Assembly (NCBI GenBank): GCA_050084985.1
Contig: JBITNC010000001.1
Coordinates: 154,690,001-154,754,000 of the forward strand
From: Nageia nagi
Taxonomy: Eukaryota > Plantae > Pinophyta
Reading direction: 5' to 3'
DNA length: 64,000 nucleotides
Positions 25,805 to 40,832 of the stretch are shown here, one piece after another. The notes beneath the pieces are model-generated. The model was not told the DNA's origin, searched no databases, and saw only the letters and a program-made list of their open reading frames with translations. Each line of letters starts with the position of its first letter. Position 1 is the first letter of the stretch. The translations under genes and the position numbers were made by a program.

Positions 25805-28535
25805 ATGGCTTCTTCTGCTAAAGTTTTCTTCAAAAATATTATTTTCCCTAATATACTCATTGATCTTGCAGAACTAGATACATACATGGATTGGGTGGAT
25901 AAGGCTCATCTTTGAGGACTTATTTACATGCCCTAGTTTAAGACTAACTCAAGTATTTTTAACCTCTTGTTATCAAGGTATGAAAAAGGAAAATGGTATT
26001 TTTACTATCAAATTATCTCCCAAGACATTGGTGTATGGCATGTTCGTATTAGATGTGAATGCCTAATTGATCTTCTAGATAATGAAGGGGATACTCTTGT
26101 CATAATGTCAAAGGCTATTTTTGGGGACAATGAGAAGTACCTTGAGTCCCATTATAATATATCCTATATACTTTAATGAACCTAGTGAACTTCTAACATT
26201 TCTATATTCATGAATCATTTCAATTTAATTTTTAACTTATTGTGAATTTGTGATTTTTGTCTAGCAATTTTCAAAATTATGATTGAGTAGAAGTATTCTT
26301 TACAATAATTTGATCAAAAAATACCTCAATTTCATGATGGGGTTATTCATCATGCATGTTGTTCTATAATAGTGACTAGGGGATCTTCCACAATGGGATT
26401 GCACATACATTATTTGTATGCTTAGTGAATCTAGATTTGATTTTTGTAGTTATATTTCTAAAAGAATTTTAAAAGATTTAAGTGATGAGTTTACTAACAA
26501 CACTAATGTTATCATGAAAATAAATCTATTAATAGAGCTTTAATTTGAAGCTTTTTATGATTTAATGAATGCACCATCATCAACATATTTGGTACAATGT
26601 ATGAACTAGACATCTCTATCTTTTGACCAATTTTAGGTTTGTATTCCCTTTAGTATTTATTATTATATCTAGGTTACATAGTATTTTTCATCTTAATCAA
26701 TTGTTGTATCATATATAGAGTTAAGCATTTGTACATGTAAAGAAGAGGGAGGAAGCATTGAAAGTTCATAGAGATGAAGGTGAAGCAGAATCTAACATGT
26801 ATAATGAGGAAACATAACCCCTCATCAAACTAAAGAAATAAAAAATGAAGAGATCAATTGCATCGACAACAACTTAGTTTCGTATAATTTCAATTTTAGG
26901 TAAAGAGACTAAATGCAATAGATAAAGATTCTGATTATTTTCTATTACAATACAAAATTTCATTTTTGTATTCTAAAAACACAAGTAGAAGATATTTGGA
27001 ATAAAAGTTTTACATAAAACCCACATAGGAAACCACACATGCAAGAAGTCACATCACCATACAATCAATCATTCAAGCACCCACATAACAAACCATTGCT
27101 ATAACAAACCATTTCTGGTACATCCTCCTATGTAACCTTAGGGATACCCACCTAGGGAACCACTTAGATACCCACACATGCCATATCATAAGGTAAACAT
27201 AAATGTTATCTCATGGGTGCACCCAACCGAGTTGACTTTTCTTTGTATCGAGTGCATCTTGCTACTAGATGGATGCACCTTGTTACCAACAATTTTGTTG
27301 GACTTATTTTTTAAATTTAGATGGATTATAATATATATATATATATATTTATTTATTTATTTATTTATTTATTGAACAATTTTGATAAGAATAAATTACA
27401 TGACAACACCATCAATGCCATCATTGGGACAAGTTCAAAGGATAGGAAAGAGAATTTTCAAAATCGATGTTAAGGCTTAACCAACCTAGATAGTAGACAT
27501 TTTGTGTTCAAAGTTTCCAAGTCTAAATCTTGAGAATATTTGAAGTGCAAATGAGGATGGATTGCAATATATTGATTTATATGAAGATTATTTAGAAATT
27601 GAAAATACTCCCACTCCTTGTGAACTCTTTCAACTACATGATATCATTCATAGTATTGGGATGGGTACTCAGATTGCTATAATGAATATGTATCCTCGAC
27701 CTTCTTAAGTTCAACCCTAAAATGTTGCCCAAAATAAGGAGAAGGATAACAATGTAAAAATAATTTATTAATCATTTGATTGGGGAAACATACCTCAAAA
27801 GTATTTAAAATACATTGATGTCATAATTGGAAAGGTTAGGATAGTGGGAGTACAAGGCTAAGGTCATAGTGAATAAAATAAAGGCTATATATGAAAACTA
27901 CTCCCAATGTCAATCATTATATGGCAAAGTTCAAAATAAACTAATGAACATTGAGACTCTTTTGGCTCATGTTGAGGCTATTTGGATTTAGTTTTTGAAT
28001 TAATACAATGATGTTGTTTTTTATTAATATTTGGATAAACTAGAGAATCTGAATGGAGAAGCACATGCCTTTTTTAAGTAATGTACTTGTGATAAGTAGG
28101 TTAAATTGTTATTATAAAAAAAATAAAGAAAAGGTATTTTGTATTTTATTTACACCAATACAAAATATGACTAGTAATTTTTTAGGTATTTTCTATTTCA
28201 TTTATATTGAATTTTACAAGGGAAATATGAAAAAAAAATAATGTTGAAGTTTTAAATTTTCATTTGAAGAAGGTGAAAAAATGTGATCAATGCTACTGAA
28301 TTGAAAGAAGACATAGTGAAGTTGAATAAGAAAAATAGCACATTGAGGGAAATTATAAAAGAGCACAAGTGGGGCCTCAAAATATTATGGCACAAAAAAG
28401 TTGCATTTGATCCATCATTATCCTTGATGAGTGACACCACAAAGAGAAGAGAGGAAAACATTACAAAATCTCTTCTCCATGACATATAATTTGATTCAAT
28501 CTAAAATTTTAAGTGAGGAAATTGAGGTTGAGTAG
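25805..28535 (+). pseudogene. hAT accessory gene copy A (PMD/DUF1985-like N-terminus, coiled-coil-like C-terminus)
   Basis: MASSAKVFFKNIIFPNILIDLAELDTYMDWVDKA..; RFDFCSYISKRI; C-terminal INATELKEDIVKLNKKNSTLREIIKEHKWGLKILWHKKVAFDPSL. Contains stops and frameshifts. Confidence 0.7.
27328..27373. repeat. (AT)n(TTTA)n microsatellite
   Basis: Seen directly; not expanded in units B and C. Confidence 0.85.
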
Positions 28536-30008
28536 AAGTTACCACCATGGAACTTGGAAGTTGATTACTTTAAAGATTATTTAAATTTGTAAATTTGCTT
28601 TCTATGTTGAATCTTAAGACTTCAAATGGTTTAAAACTGATACTTTAAATTTAATTTCTAGTAATCTGTATTGAGTGGTAAAAAACTTGAAATTTTGATT
28701 TCAATATTTTTATACTTTTGTATGTTTGAATATAAAACAAGGTTAGTAATTTTCATTAGCTATTTTACAAATTGCATTTGAATGTTAAGAGAGAGTTTTG
28801 TAATTTTCACTTTGATGCAACTAGACAGTAGTATCTTACAACTGGATGGTAGAATCCTACTACCATATGGTAGAATCTTGCTACCGAATTATAGCATTTT
28901 GCAACTAGATGGTAGCATCGTAAAACTACATGCTTAGGTCATTTTTGCACAATTAAAACTATACAATAGATTACTAAAAGTTTTTAATCTTGTAATTGAT
29001 AATAGTTTTATGTCAATCTTATACAATTTTTTTTATTTTATGAATTGGTATGTATATTAAAAGCTAGATAACTAAAACAACTACCTAATATTTCCATCCT
29101 AAAATATGTTAATTATGTTTTATTGAACAACATTATCTATTTGAACATTTTTCACCTCACCCTTGATGTTACATAAACCTCTTCATTCTACTAAAGATCT
29201 CCATGTGAACATAGCCTTGTTGACTAGAAAATTATCCATAAAATAATGTGAAACATACAAGCATAAATAAGCATCCAAGTTATTTTCCAATTTGTTATGT
29301 AGTTTTGAATTAATAAAATAAAGATAACTTAATACACTTTCATATTCTACTAAAGCAAGTATGATTTTATGACATAATTCTAGGGAAAAGTTTAAGATAT
29401 TATATAGAAAATATTTTTCATATGACCATCGAATTTATTTTTCTTGAGATTCGATGGTTGGTGATTTCCTATGAAGGTGCATGAAAGAAATGGTGGATAT
29501 AATTTTGAGCAAAATATAAGGAATTTTTTTTGGTGAATTTATCTACCATGTGCTACCATTGGTTGAATGTGCAACCAGATAATGACAAGTGCTACTAGAT
29601 AGTTGCACTTGGAATCAGATGTTGCATTTGTAATTGGATAGTTTAAAATACAATCAAAAGATTGTACTTATAATTGTATAATTGTACTTATCATCATCTA
29701 GTGGTACTTACCACCATTTGGTTATAATTATTATAGATCTTGCATTTTGAATTATAAACAACTAGTTGCACCTTGCTGTTGGTTGATAGGAGTTCCAAGG
29801 TATAATGCAATTAATATGGTAAGTATGAGGGTTTATAAATATCTATGAATAATTATTTTTATACATATTTAAAAATCCTTCTTCTCTCAGATCTCTTCCC
29901 TTCTATTATTCCTTCCATGTTACCTCCCACCCTATCTGTTCTATTCATACCTTGACCTATTCCACCACCATTTTGTGTGTTTCCAACTATTTTATTGTAA
30001 GTTCAATC

Positions 30009-33000
30009 ATGTCCTCTTTTGCTAAGGTTTCCTTTAAAAATATTATATGCCCTAATATACTCATTGATCTTGCAAAATTAGACATGTACATGGATTGGGT
30101 GGATAACGCAAGTTTTTGAGGACTTATTGAGTAATGACTAAGAAAAAGGTATTTTCATTATTAAATTATCTTCTAATACATTGGTGTATGGCACATAGAG
30201 ATTATATGTGAAATTATTGACTTGTATTCTAGATAAATAAGGAGAAATTTATGCAAAAAATATCAAAATATATTTTTGGGGATGATGAAAAGATGTACTT
30301 TGAGTCCCATTACAATGTCTCGTTTGATGAACTCAATAAAATTTTGATATTTTTATATTTATGAATAATTTTAATTTAGTTTTTGAATTATTATGAATAT
30401 GTGATTACTGTCTTGAAATTTTTAGGATTGAAATTGAGTGGAGGTGTTATTTAAAATAATTTTATCAATAACTACCTCAAGTTTATGATGGACTTATTTT
30501 CCACACATGTTGTTCTGCAAGGGAAACTAGGGGAGCTTTCGTAATGGGCTTGCACGACATTGATTGTGTGCTTAGTAGAGATAGATTTAATTTTTGTACT
30601 TATATTTCTAAAATAATCTAAAAAATTTTAAGCATGTATTTGCTAATAACACCAATGTTATCATCACAATAATGTTTTGATTAAGTTTTTACTTTGAAGC
30701 CCTTTATGATTTAATGAATGCACAACCACCAACATATTTGGAACAATGAATGAACTAGATATCTCCATCATTATATAAAATTTATATTTGTATTCCCTTC
30801 AAATTTATTGTTATGTCTAGGTTGTGTAATAATTTTCATCTTAACCAACAATTATGTCATATACAGAGTTGAGCATTTGCAAGTGCAGATAAGTGGGAAG
30901 TAGCCTTGAAAGGTCACAAAGTTGAAGGAGGGGTGGACTTTAAAATCCATAATGAGGAAACATATCCCCTCATTAGATTTAAGAAATAAATAATGAAGAT
31001 TTAAATTGCACCAACAACAACTCAATTTTAGTTAAAGAGATTAAACATGAAAACCAAGGCTTATAATTATTTTCTATTACAATGTGAAATTTCACTTTGT
31101 ATTTTGAATACAAAGGAAAGGGATCTTTGGAATAAGATTTTGACACAACAACCACATAGGAAATCACACATTTAATATCTCAAATCACCACACAATCAAT
31201 CAATCAAGCACCCACATAATAAACCACTAGTATTTTGTTCCATACAATATATATATTTTGTTCCATTGAATAATTTTAACAAGAAAATATTCTAATGATA
31301 TTACCATCAATACCATCATTGGGATAACTTTAGAGGAGAGGAAAGATAATTTCTATGATCAACACAAGGCTCGATCAACCCAAATAGTGGACATTTTGCA
31401 TTCAAAGTTTAGAAGTCTAAATATTTAGAACATCCAAAGTGCAAGTGGAGCTAGATTGTAACAAATTGATTTAGATGAAAATTATTTAGGAATTTACAAC
31501 ACTACCACTCCTTATGAACTCTTTCAACCATATGAGATCATTCAAAATATTGGGATGACTACTTAGACTACTATAGCAAAGATGTATCTTAGACCTTGTG
31601 AGGTTCATCCCCAAAATGTTGCTCAAAATGAGGAGGGAATTGACAATATAAAATTTTTGATTGGTCATTTGATTGGGAAAAATTACCTCAAAATTATTCA
31701 AAACACATTGATGTCATATGTGGAAATGTTAAGATAGTGGGAATACAAGGCTAAGGTCATGGTGAAATAAATAAAGGTAGATATAAAAACTACTCCCAAT
31801 GTTGCCCATTATATGAAAAAGTACAAAATCAATGAAAAATAATTGAGGCTCTTTTGGTTGACACTAAGGTTGGTTTGATTTCTTTTTCAAATCAATAAAA
31901 TGATGTTATTTTTAATTATTTTTGGATGAACTAAAAAATATGAATGGAGAAGAACAAGAATTTTTTATTAAATAGACTTGAAATAAGTAAGCTCTTGAAA
32001 TTATTATTATAGAAAAAGATAAAGCAAATGTATTTTCCATTTTGTTTACAAAAATATAAAATATGACTAGTAATGTTTTAGATATGTGTCACGACCCACC
32101 TCAAGACACTATTTGACCTTGAGTAATTATGTTTGCATAATACTATGGTAATGATAAGTTTCATATGGGAATATGTATCATTTGTGACAATTTGATGTTG
32201 GCTTCAAGATGTTTTGACACAAGTCATAAGTGGAGAAGTAACCCAAAGACCCTAAAGACCAAAGGTGAATTGATGATGGGAATGAAAGGACAAGAGGAGG
32301 AAATGATTGACATTGATTTGCTAACACACCCTATGACCATTGTAAATCATATAGATGCATAATTGTTGTGATTGTTGATTTATTGATGAAAATATATTTG
32401 CAAAACTATGTGGATTAACCTTACTCTATAGGATGAGGTGACTATTGTAGGTAAAGATGTGTTTTCCCTTGTTTGGTATTTTTAAAATTCAAATTTTGAA
32501 ATGGAGGAAAAAAGGGGATATACCTTTAGTTAAATTTAAAAATTATTATAATGCTAGAAAAATAAATTTAATGGGGTAAAAATTGAATATAAGTGTCCAT
32601 ATTATTGCCACATAGGGCTAATAGTAAAAACACTATTAGATAGAGACTAAAGTCTCCTTATGGTATGACATGATATTTAATAGCTAGGAAAATAATAGAG
32701 TAATGACCCTACTTAATTTTGTATTTTTGTGTTAGATGTGGATAAGAGTTGGCACTAAATTGTCAACTAATGAAAAAGATTTCAAAGTATTAAATGCCAT
32801 TACCATCATATCCAGCTTTAAGCAAACCTAACCAAAAATTATTGAGGTAGTGAGGAGACATCCATTTGGACATATTTGAGCCCCTTTAGCTATAAATAAA
32901 GAAGTAAAGCATTGGAAAAAATACCAACAACTACCTATCTATCTTTTGCCATTTTGTTTTTCAAGCTTGGATTACGTGAAGCAAAGAAGTCTCTCTTTTC

Positions 33001-36000
33001 CTTCTCCAATTCAAGGTGCATTCTTTACATTTTTAATATACCTAAGATAAAGTAGTTATATTTTATTGTTTTTAAAGAGTTGTATGAAAAGATTATTTTT
33101 CTAAAGACTTTTGTAATGAATTATTGATAAAGGACTTATACTAAGTGAAAGGATATATTGATTGATTTAATTGTTGTATTGCATATGGAGGTTATTATGA
33201 TGTCTTTTCATTTAAAAGGAAAGAAGTGGGATCTTAGTTTTTTTCTTAATTATTCCCTTTTATTTAATTTAATGGAAGTCCCAAGTACAATTTGAGTCTA
33301 GTTAATTAATTCATTATGACTAGTTCTTTCCCTCACTTGTTTTGATTTTAATACCTTCCTCCTTGAAAATTACTTTGGTTTTCCTATTTAAGCTTGAATA
33401 TAAGATAAGATTTCATAAAGATAATTATTATGATATAGCTATCTCCTAACACATGCTATGTCGTAAAGTTCTAGAGACCTCTTTTGTTTGGTAAGAGATA
33501 TTATTTTGTTTTTACTAGTGTGTTATATTCTTTTATTCCTAAAAACATAATATGTTGGAAAATGATTAGATAGACTCCAAAATCTTTCTATGAGCATAAT
33601 AAGTCTTATTTTCAATTCATACATGTGCTACCCAATTTTTATTGATTTTTGAAAATTCCTTCTTTAACAATTCTCCTACCAAAAGAGCATAGGTAAGTGA
33701 AAAAGTTGAATTCTTTGCCTTAAGCCATACATGTTGTTGAATTTCATTACCATCAAATGTGTTTTTCCCCAATGTACACTATTAGAAATTCTTGTAATGC
33801 CTTACATTGTGCAAAGTAGCACTCAAACTTAAAGCATAGGGAAACAAATGAGTATCTATTGTCTCCATGTTATGAACTAATGTTGCATAGTTAAATGAAA
33901 GCTTTTCTCAAAATACTAATAGAGGAATAGGTTACATGAATAAGGAGAGATTTGTATGCAATATCAATCCCAAACCATCCTTAATTTCCCATCATTGCTT
34001 GTCCAATACTTTAGAAATCTGTTCCAAGGGCATTTACTAGTTAAGAATGTAGAGATAGAATCAAATTTTGTAGGTAGGCAACTAAATACTTGATTTCAAT
34101 GAGAGTTTTTGCATTCACTATGGAAAATTCATGTATCCAATCAATGTGTTTTGAATTATACTATTTCATTGTTATATATTGAATGTTCATGACCCTTGAA
34201 TAGATGCTAGTATCACATTAATTTTAACTTGCTAGAAGATAAGCACTCACCATGTTTTCATGTTCAATGAAAGCATTAACAAGTTTTAGTTTACAATTTG
34301 AGAAGGGGTGACATAAATAAATTAGATGTCTTTGTGGGCTTAAGAAAAGGAATTAAATTTTAAAGAATCCTACTACAAGTGTATATATAAGTAAGACTGA
34401 ATATTGTATTTAGTAATTTATTATTGAGTAATAATTGTATAGTAATGAGGGATTCTCTTTTATAAAAATATTTTAGCATTGAAATCTAATTGCATTATTG
34501 AGTTTTGAAAGATACTTAGTAGAGTAATTCAAATACATTTCATCATTCTAAATTATATGAGAAACATGGTGAAAGATAATGTGACCAAGGAAAAAGGAGG
34601 TATTCCATAAAGGATCTAAAATCCTCCCGAGGTCTTAAATAAATGAATGCATTACATTATGGTCAATTAAAAAAAAGGATGTCTTAATTCACCTCCTTCC
34701 TAATACTCAATCCACTTACCAAGTACCAAGGGATGTTCAATGCTCATTACATGAAGAATAATGGAGATGCTCAATGCTCATTGCTTGAAGATCATTAGGT
34801 GCATCCCATGAAAAGCCAAAGAATGATTTACTCAATAGCATGTTATACTATATTTGTATTATGAAAGGATTATAAATTACCAAAGTCATTAAATTGTATT
34901 AATCTTATGATGTATTAATATTCTTGTAATAAGTTATGAAATTTTTGATTTTATAAGGATTATTTTGTACTTATCTTTTGTTAATATATTACAAAATGAA
35001 TGTAAGATAGATGATTTTACTTTCTATTTATGAATAACATTATGAGTATTACATGATTAATTCTTGGTGAAATAGAGTAAGGATTAATACTTGTTATATA
35101 ATAGTTGTAGATGAATTATGTTTGTAATCCTAACAAGTCCAAAATTATCCTATCAACTTAGAATCAAACCTAAACTAGAGTTAAGGTTCCAAATGACAAT
35201 TTGTGAGCATTTGGGATATCTTAGGGACCCTTGGAATCAAATTGGATATCAATGGTACCCCATGAGATAAATTGAATCATTTGAAATTCTTTTTGTATAG
35301 ATGCAAGAAATGAAATGAAGAACCTTTGCCAAGTAAACCTACCTTGGTAGATGATAAACAAAAGGAATATTTTTTGCATGAGGACCACATAGCACTACAT
35401 TACTTTTGTTGCAATAGTGGTGATATCCTTCCTCACAACTTATTACTTTATGTATTCAAGAGATATTTTAAAAAGTGGATCCATATACGTGATACAATGC
35501 GTATGGGATAAAATAAGAAAAATTGTGTCTTTCTACGTAAGTCATAACTAAGAATTTTGAGGTATTCCTTGTGGGTAAGGATGAATGGTGTTAAACCTTA
35601 GAACATGTCTTATACCCACTTCACTATTTGAAAATATTTGTATATGGTTAGTAGGACATATGTGGTTTTTTTGTCAACACATTTAAAAATATATTAGACT
35701 AAAAAACCACTTGAGGATATTGTTTAATATCCATGGCTCTTCAAGTTATGGGCATGGAGATGTCAAACCACATGGTGGGACTAACCAATAGTTATGGTCA
35801 TGTTAGTACTCATATTCCTCAATAGGTGAGTCAGGTGGGATAGCAATTGGAAAAACTACTATTACTAGGTGAGGGTAATTAGTAGTCATATCACTTACAG
35901 TTAGCAGATAGGGATATGATAATTGTTCCATAGGTGATGCTACCCACTAATAAGGAAGCTTGCCTAGGACAAGTTAACTGCTCCTATGAGATGGAGAGTT

Positions 36001-36726
36001 ATCATTAGGAGATGATAACTAACTTAGTGGAAGTGCAATCTTTCAAGTGTTATGGGCCCCGAGTAGAAAACCATTATGTTGTAATCAAAAAACCTATTAC
36101 ACACAAGACATGGAATAGAAATGGTGAGTTTACTTTTGAGGCATCTTTTCAATAGGGTGAGTGTTGAAAAGTGAACACTAGAAAACTTTATTAGGATTGG
36201 TTACCCTAGGTTCTTGGCCAATCTTGCCATGTGAGTGCTAAACTAGCTAGCAACATGTCAAACTCATGTGGGATCACCTTGTTCATTCCTAGTTCATTTG
36301 AGTGTTACAAAAAAAAAAGGTTAAAAATTAGGGCTTTGGTTGATGATAATTAGTGGATGCATTACAATATGCAAATGTTTAATGATATTTATGTTGAATT
36401 TTACAAGCAAAATACAAAAAAATTAAAAAAATAATGTTCAAGTTTTAAATTTGCATTTGAAGAAGGTGAATAACTATGATTAATGCTATTGAATTAAAAG
36501 AAGATATGATGAATTTTAATTAGAAGAACAAGAAATTAAGGGAAATTATTAAAAAGAATAGGTGGGAGCCCAAATATTATGGTACAAAAAAGTTTCAATT
36601 GATCCATCATTGTAATTGATAGATAATTTCAAAAGAGAAGAGATGAAACCATTGCAAAATCTCTCCTCCATAGTAGGTAATTTTATTCAATATAGAATTT
36701 TAAGTGATGATACTAAGTTTGAGTAC
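30009..36726 (+). pseudogene. hAT accessory gene copy B, split by the solo LTR
   Basis: MSSFAKVSFKNIICPNILIDLAKLDMYMDWVDNA; homologous to copy A on both sides of the LTR. Confidence 0.7.
32087..36366 (+). mobile_element. Ty3/gypsy solo LTR (4280 bp) with 5-bp TSD ATATG
   Basis: TGTCACGACCC...GGATGCATTACA, with ATATG at 32082-32086 and 36367-36371. Both ends match the LTR at 56110-59541. Confidence 0.93.
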
Positions 36727-38153
36727 AAGTTATCACCATGGAACTTGAAATTTGATGACTTTTAAGACTATTTAAATTTAGAAATTTGATTTCTATGTTC
36801 ATTCTCAAGATTTTGAATGCTTTAAAACTCATGCTTTGAATTTAATTCCTAGTAATTTGTATTGAATGGTAAAAAACAAAAATTTTGATTTCAATATTTT
36901 TAAACTTGTAGATGTTTGAATAAAAAAAGGGCTAGGAATTTGCCTTGGCTATTTTGCAAGTTAAATTTGAATGTTAAAAGAGAGTTTAATAATTTTTACT
37001 TGTATTCAACTGAATGGTAGCATCTTGCTACTAGATGATAACATCTTAAAATTGCATGCTTGGGTCATTTTTACATAGTTCAAACTATACAATTGATTAC
37101 TAAAAGTGTTCAACCTTACAATTGATAGTATTTTATGTCAATCTTATAGAATTTTTTTTTTTGAAATATTGCTAAGTGTATTAAAAGCTAGATAATTGAA
37201 ATAGTTGCCCATCATTTCCATTCTTATATATGTTAATTATGAATGATTGAAGAATATTATTTTTCTAAATATTTATCACTTCAACCTTGATGTTACTTAA
37301 ACTTCTTCATTCTACTAAAGACCTCCATGTGGCCATAGCCTTATTAATTGGAAAATTATACATAGAATAATTTGGAACATACAATCACAAATAAGCATCC
37401 AAGTTATTTCTAATATGTTATGTAGTTTCACCTTAATAAAAGAAATATCACTGAAGACTCTTTCATCTTATACTAAACTGAGTATGATTATCCAACATAA
37501 TTTAAGGGAAAAATTTAAGATTTCATATAAAAATAAATTCATATGAATGGTGAATTTATTTTTCTTGAGAAATAGCGAGTAGCAATTTTCCTATGAAGGT
37601 GCATGAAAGAAATGAAAAATATAATTTTGAGAAAAATACAAGGTGTTTTTTTTGTGAATTTATATATCATGCACTACTATTGGTTGAATGTGCCACCAAA
37701 TGGTAATAAGTTCCATTGGATGGTTACACTTGCCATCAAATAATTATATATAATCGGATGGTTACACTTACAAATGGATAATTGAATTTGCAACCATATG
37801 CTTACACTTACAACTGTATGGTTGCACTTATCATTATTTAGTGGCACTTATCACTATTCAATGGCAATTATCACCATCCAGTTGTAATTACCATCACCCT
37901 TACATTCTACATTATAACCAATTAGTTGCACCCTGCTACTGATTGATAGGAGTTCTAAGGTATAATGGTATTAATGCAATAATGTATCTATGAATAATTA
38001 TTTTTGAACTAATTTTGAAAGCATTCTTCTCTTAGAGCTTTTCTCTTCTATTAAGTGCTTCCTAGTTCCCTCCCATTATGTCTATTCTATTCATACCTTT
38101 AGCTAGTGCATCATTATTTGTGTGTTTCTAACTGTTCTATTGTAAATTCAATC

Positions 38154-40832
38154 ATGATTTCTTCTACTAAGGTTTCCTTCAAAACCATTTTATACCCTAA
38201 TAGAATCATTGATCTTGCAAAACTATATGCATATATGGATTTAGTGGATAAGGTAGGTCTTCGAGGATTTACTTACATGTTGCAGTTTGATGTTGACTCA
38301 AGGCTCCTAAACCTCCTATTATCAAGTTATGACAAGGAAAAAGGTATTTTTACTATCAAATTATCTTTTAAGATATTGGTGTATGGCACAGCGATATCAG
38401 ATGTGAAATGTCTAACTAGTCTTCTAAACAAAGAAGGGGATACTCTTACCATAACATCAAAGGCTATTTTCAAGAAAGATACGAAGAATTACCTTGAGTC
38501 CCATTACAATATATCATTTTATGACCCAATAAACTTATGATATTTCTATATTTGTGAATCATTTCAATTTAGTTTTTGAACTATTGTTAATCTATGATTT
38601 CTATCTAGCAATTTTTAAGATTATGGTTGAGTAGAGGTGTTATTTATAATAATTTCACCAATAATTACCTCAAGTCTATGATAAAGTTATTCTTTGCATG
38701 TGTTATTTTGCAAGGGTGATTAGGGAAGATTCTATAATGGGCTTACACATACATTGTGTTCACTAATAATACCAATGTTATCACCATAATAAAAAATTTA
38801 TTAGGGTTTTTCTTTGAAGTATTTTATGATTTAATTAATGAACAACCACTAACATGTTTGACAAAATGCATGAACCAAATATCTCTATCTTTATATCAAA
38901 TTTATGTATGTATTCCCTTCAGTATTTATTATTATGTCTAGGTTGTGTAATATTTTTTACCTAAACCAACAATTATATCATATACAAAGTTAAGCATATG
39001 CAAGTGCAAAGAAGAGGGGGCCAATATTCAAAGATCACCAAGATGAAGGTGGGATGGAATCTAACATGTATAGTAAGGAAACATAGCCCCTTAATATACT
39101 ATAAAAAAAAAATAAAGAGTTCAATTACATCAAGAATATCTCAATTTCCTAAAATTTTAGTTTACGGTAAAGAGGCTAAATGCAATAGATAAGGAATATG
39201 ATTGTTTTCTATTATAATGTCAAATTTCACTCTGTATTCTAAATACAGACATAGAAGATCTTTGTAACAAGAGTTTGATATAATAACCACATAGGAAACC
39301 ATACATGCAACAACTCACAACATCTCATAGTTAATCAATCAAGCACCCATATAATAAACTAGTTGTATTTTCATTCATGCAACTACTAGCACATCCTCCC
39401 ATGCAACCACATGGATACCCACCTAGGGAACCACTCATATACCTACACATGCCATCTAATAAGGCTAAGGTGATTATATACTCATGGGTGCACCTAAAAA
39501 GTAGCATGATTCACTCAATTTGTATAAGGGTGCACCCAAATAGGTGCACATTGCTTCAAGTTGGGTGCATCTTGCTACTAACTAGGTGCACCTTGCTACC
39601 AATAATATTTTTGAACTTATTTTTTAAATTCATATGGCTTACAATATACATTTTTTAATTGAACAATTTTGATAAGAAGGACTTACAGACATCACCATTA
39701 ATTCCATTACTAGGACAAGTTCAAAGGAGAGGAAAGCAAATTTTCATAATCACTGCTAAGGCTTGATCATTTTAGACATTGAACATTTCATGTTCATACT
39801 TTTCAATTCTAAATCTTGAGAATGTTTGAAGCACAAGTGGGGCCAAATTGCAATAAATTTATTTATATGAAGATTATTTTGGAATTGATAGCACTCCCAC
39901 TCCTTATGAACTCTTTCAACTATATGACATCATTAAGAGTATTTAGATGGGTACTTAGACTACTTCATAATAGATTTTTCCTAAATATTCTCAATTTCAA
40001 ATCCAAAATATTACGAAGAATGAGTAGAGAACTAATAATGAAGAATTTTTGATTGATCATTTGATTGAGAAAACTTCCCTCAAAAGTATACAAAATACAT
40101 TAATATTAGATATGGAAAGATTAATATAGTGGGAGTATAGGGCTAAGGTCATGGTGAATGAAATAAAGGCTAGATATGAAAACTACTCCCAATGTCACTA
40201 GTTGTATGTTCAAGTGCAAAATCAACCAACAAAAATTGATCTCTTTTGGCTTACGCTAAGGATGGTTTGATTTCTTTTCTAAATCAATACAATGATGTTA
40301 TTTTTAGTTATTATTTAGACAAAGTGGAGAATCTAAATAGAGAAGTTCATGCCTTTTTAACAAATGGACTCAAGATAAGAAGGCTATTGAAATTGCTATT
40401 GCAAAAAGAGATAAAGCAATAGTATTTTCCATTTTGTTTACACTAGTGAAAAATATGACTAATAATATTTTAGATATGAAAAGGTTTAATGATATTTATA
40501 TTGAATTTTATAGGAAAAATATGAAAATTTAAAAAATAATTTTCAATTTTTAATTTTCCATTTGAAGAAGGTGAAAGACATGTGATCAATGCTATTGAAT
40601 GAAAGAAGATATGGTGAAGTTGAATTTAAAGAATAACACATTAAGGTAAATTATTGAAGAGCATGGGTGGGACCCTAAAATAATATGGCACAAAAAAGTT
40701 GTAGTTGATCCATCATCAACCTCAGTGGGAAACACCATGAGAGAAGAGAGAAAAATATTACAAAATTTCTCCTCTACGATGGACAATTTGATTCAATCTA
40801 AAATTTAGAGTGAGGACACTAAGGTTAAGTAG
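38154..40832 (+). pseudogene. hAT accessory gene copy C (best-preserved first exon)
   Basis: ORF 38106..38540 from MISSTKVSFKTILYPNRIIDLAKLYAYMDLVDKVGLRGFTYMLQFDVDSRLLNLLLSSYDKEKGIF; ORFs 38756, 38998 and 39816 are further fragments. Confidence 0.72.

Larger units (their letters stand above)
25237..29380. repeat. Tandem unit A (~4.1 kb: hAT terminus, motif array, accessory gene, transposase C-terminus)
   Basis: Colinear with unit B (29381-37502) and unit C (from 37503). Confidence 0.88.
29381..37502. repeat. Tandem unit B, interrupted by a solo LTR
   Basis: Starts TAGGGAAAAG directly after GACATAATTC; colinear with units A and C once 32087-36371 is removed. Confidence 0.88.
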
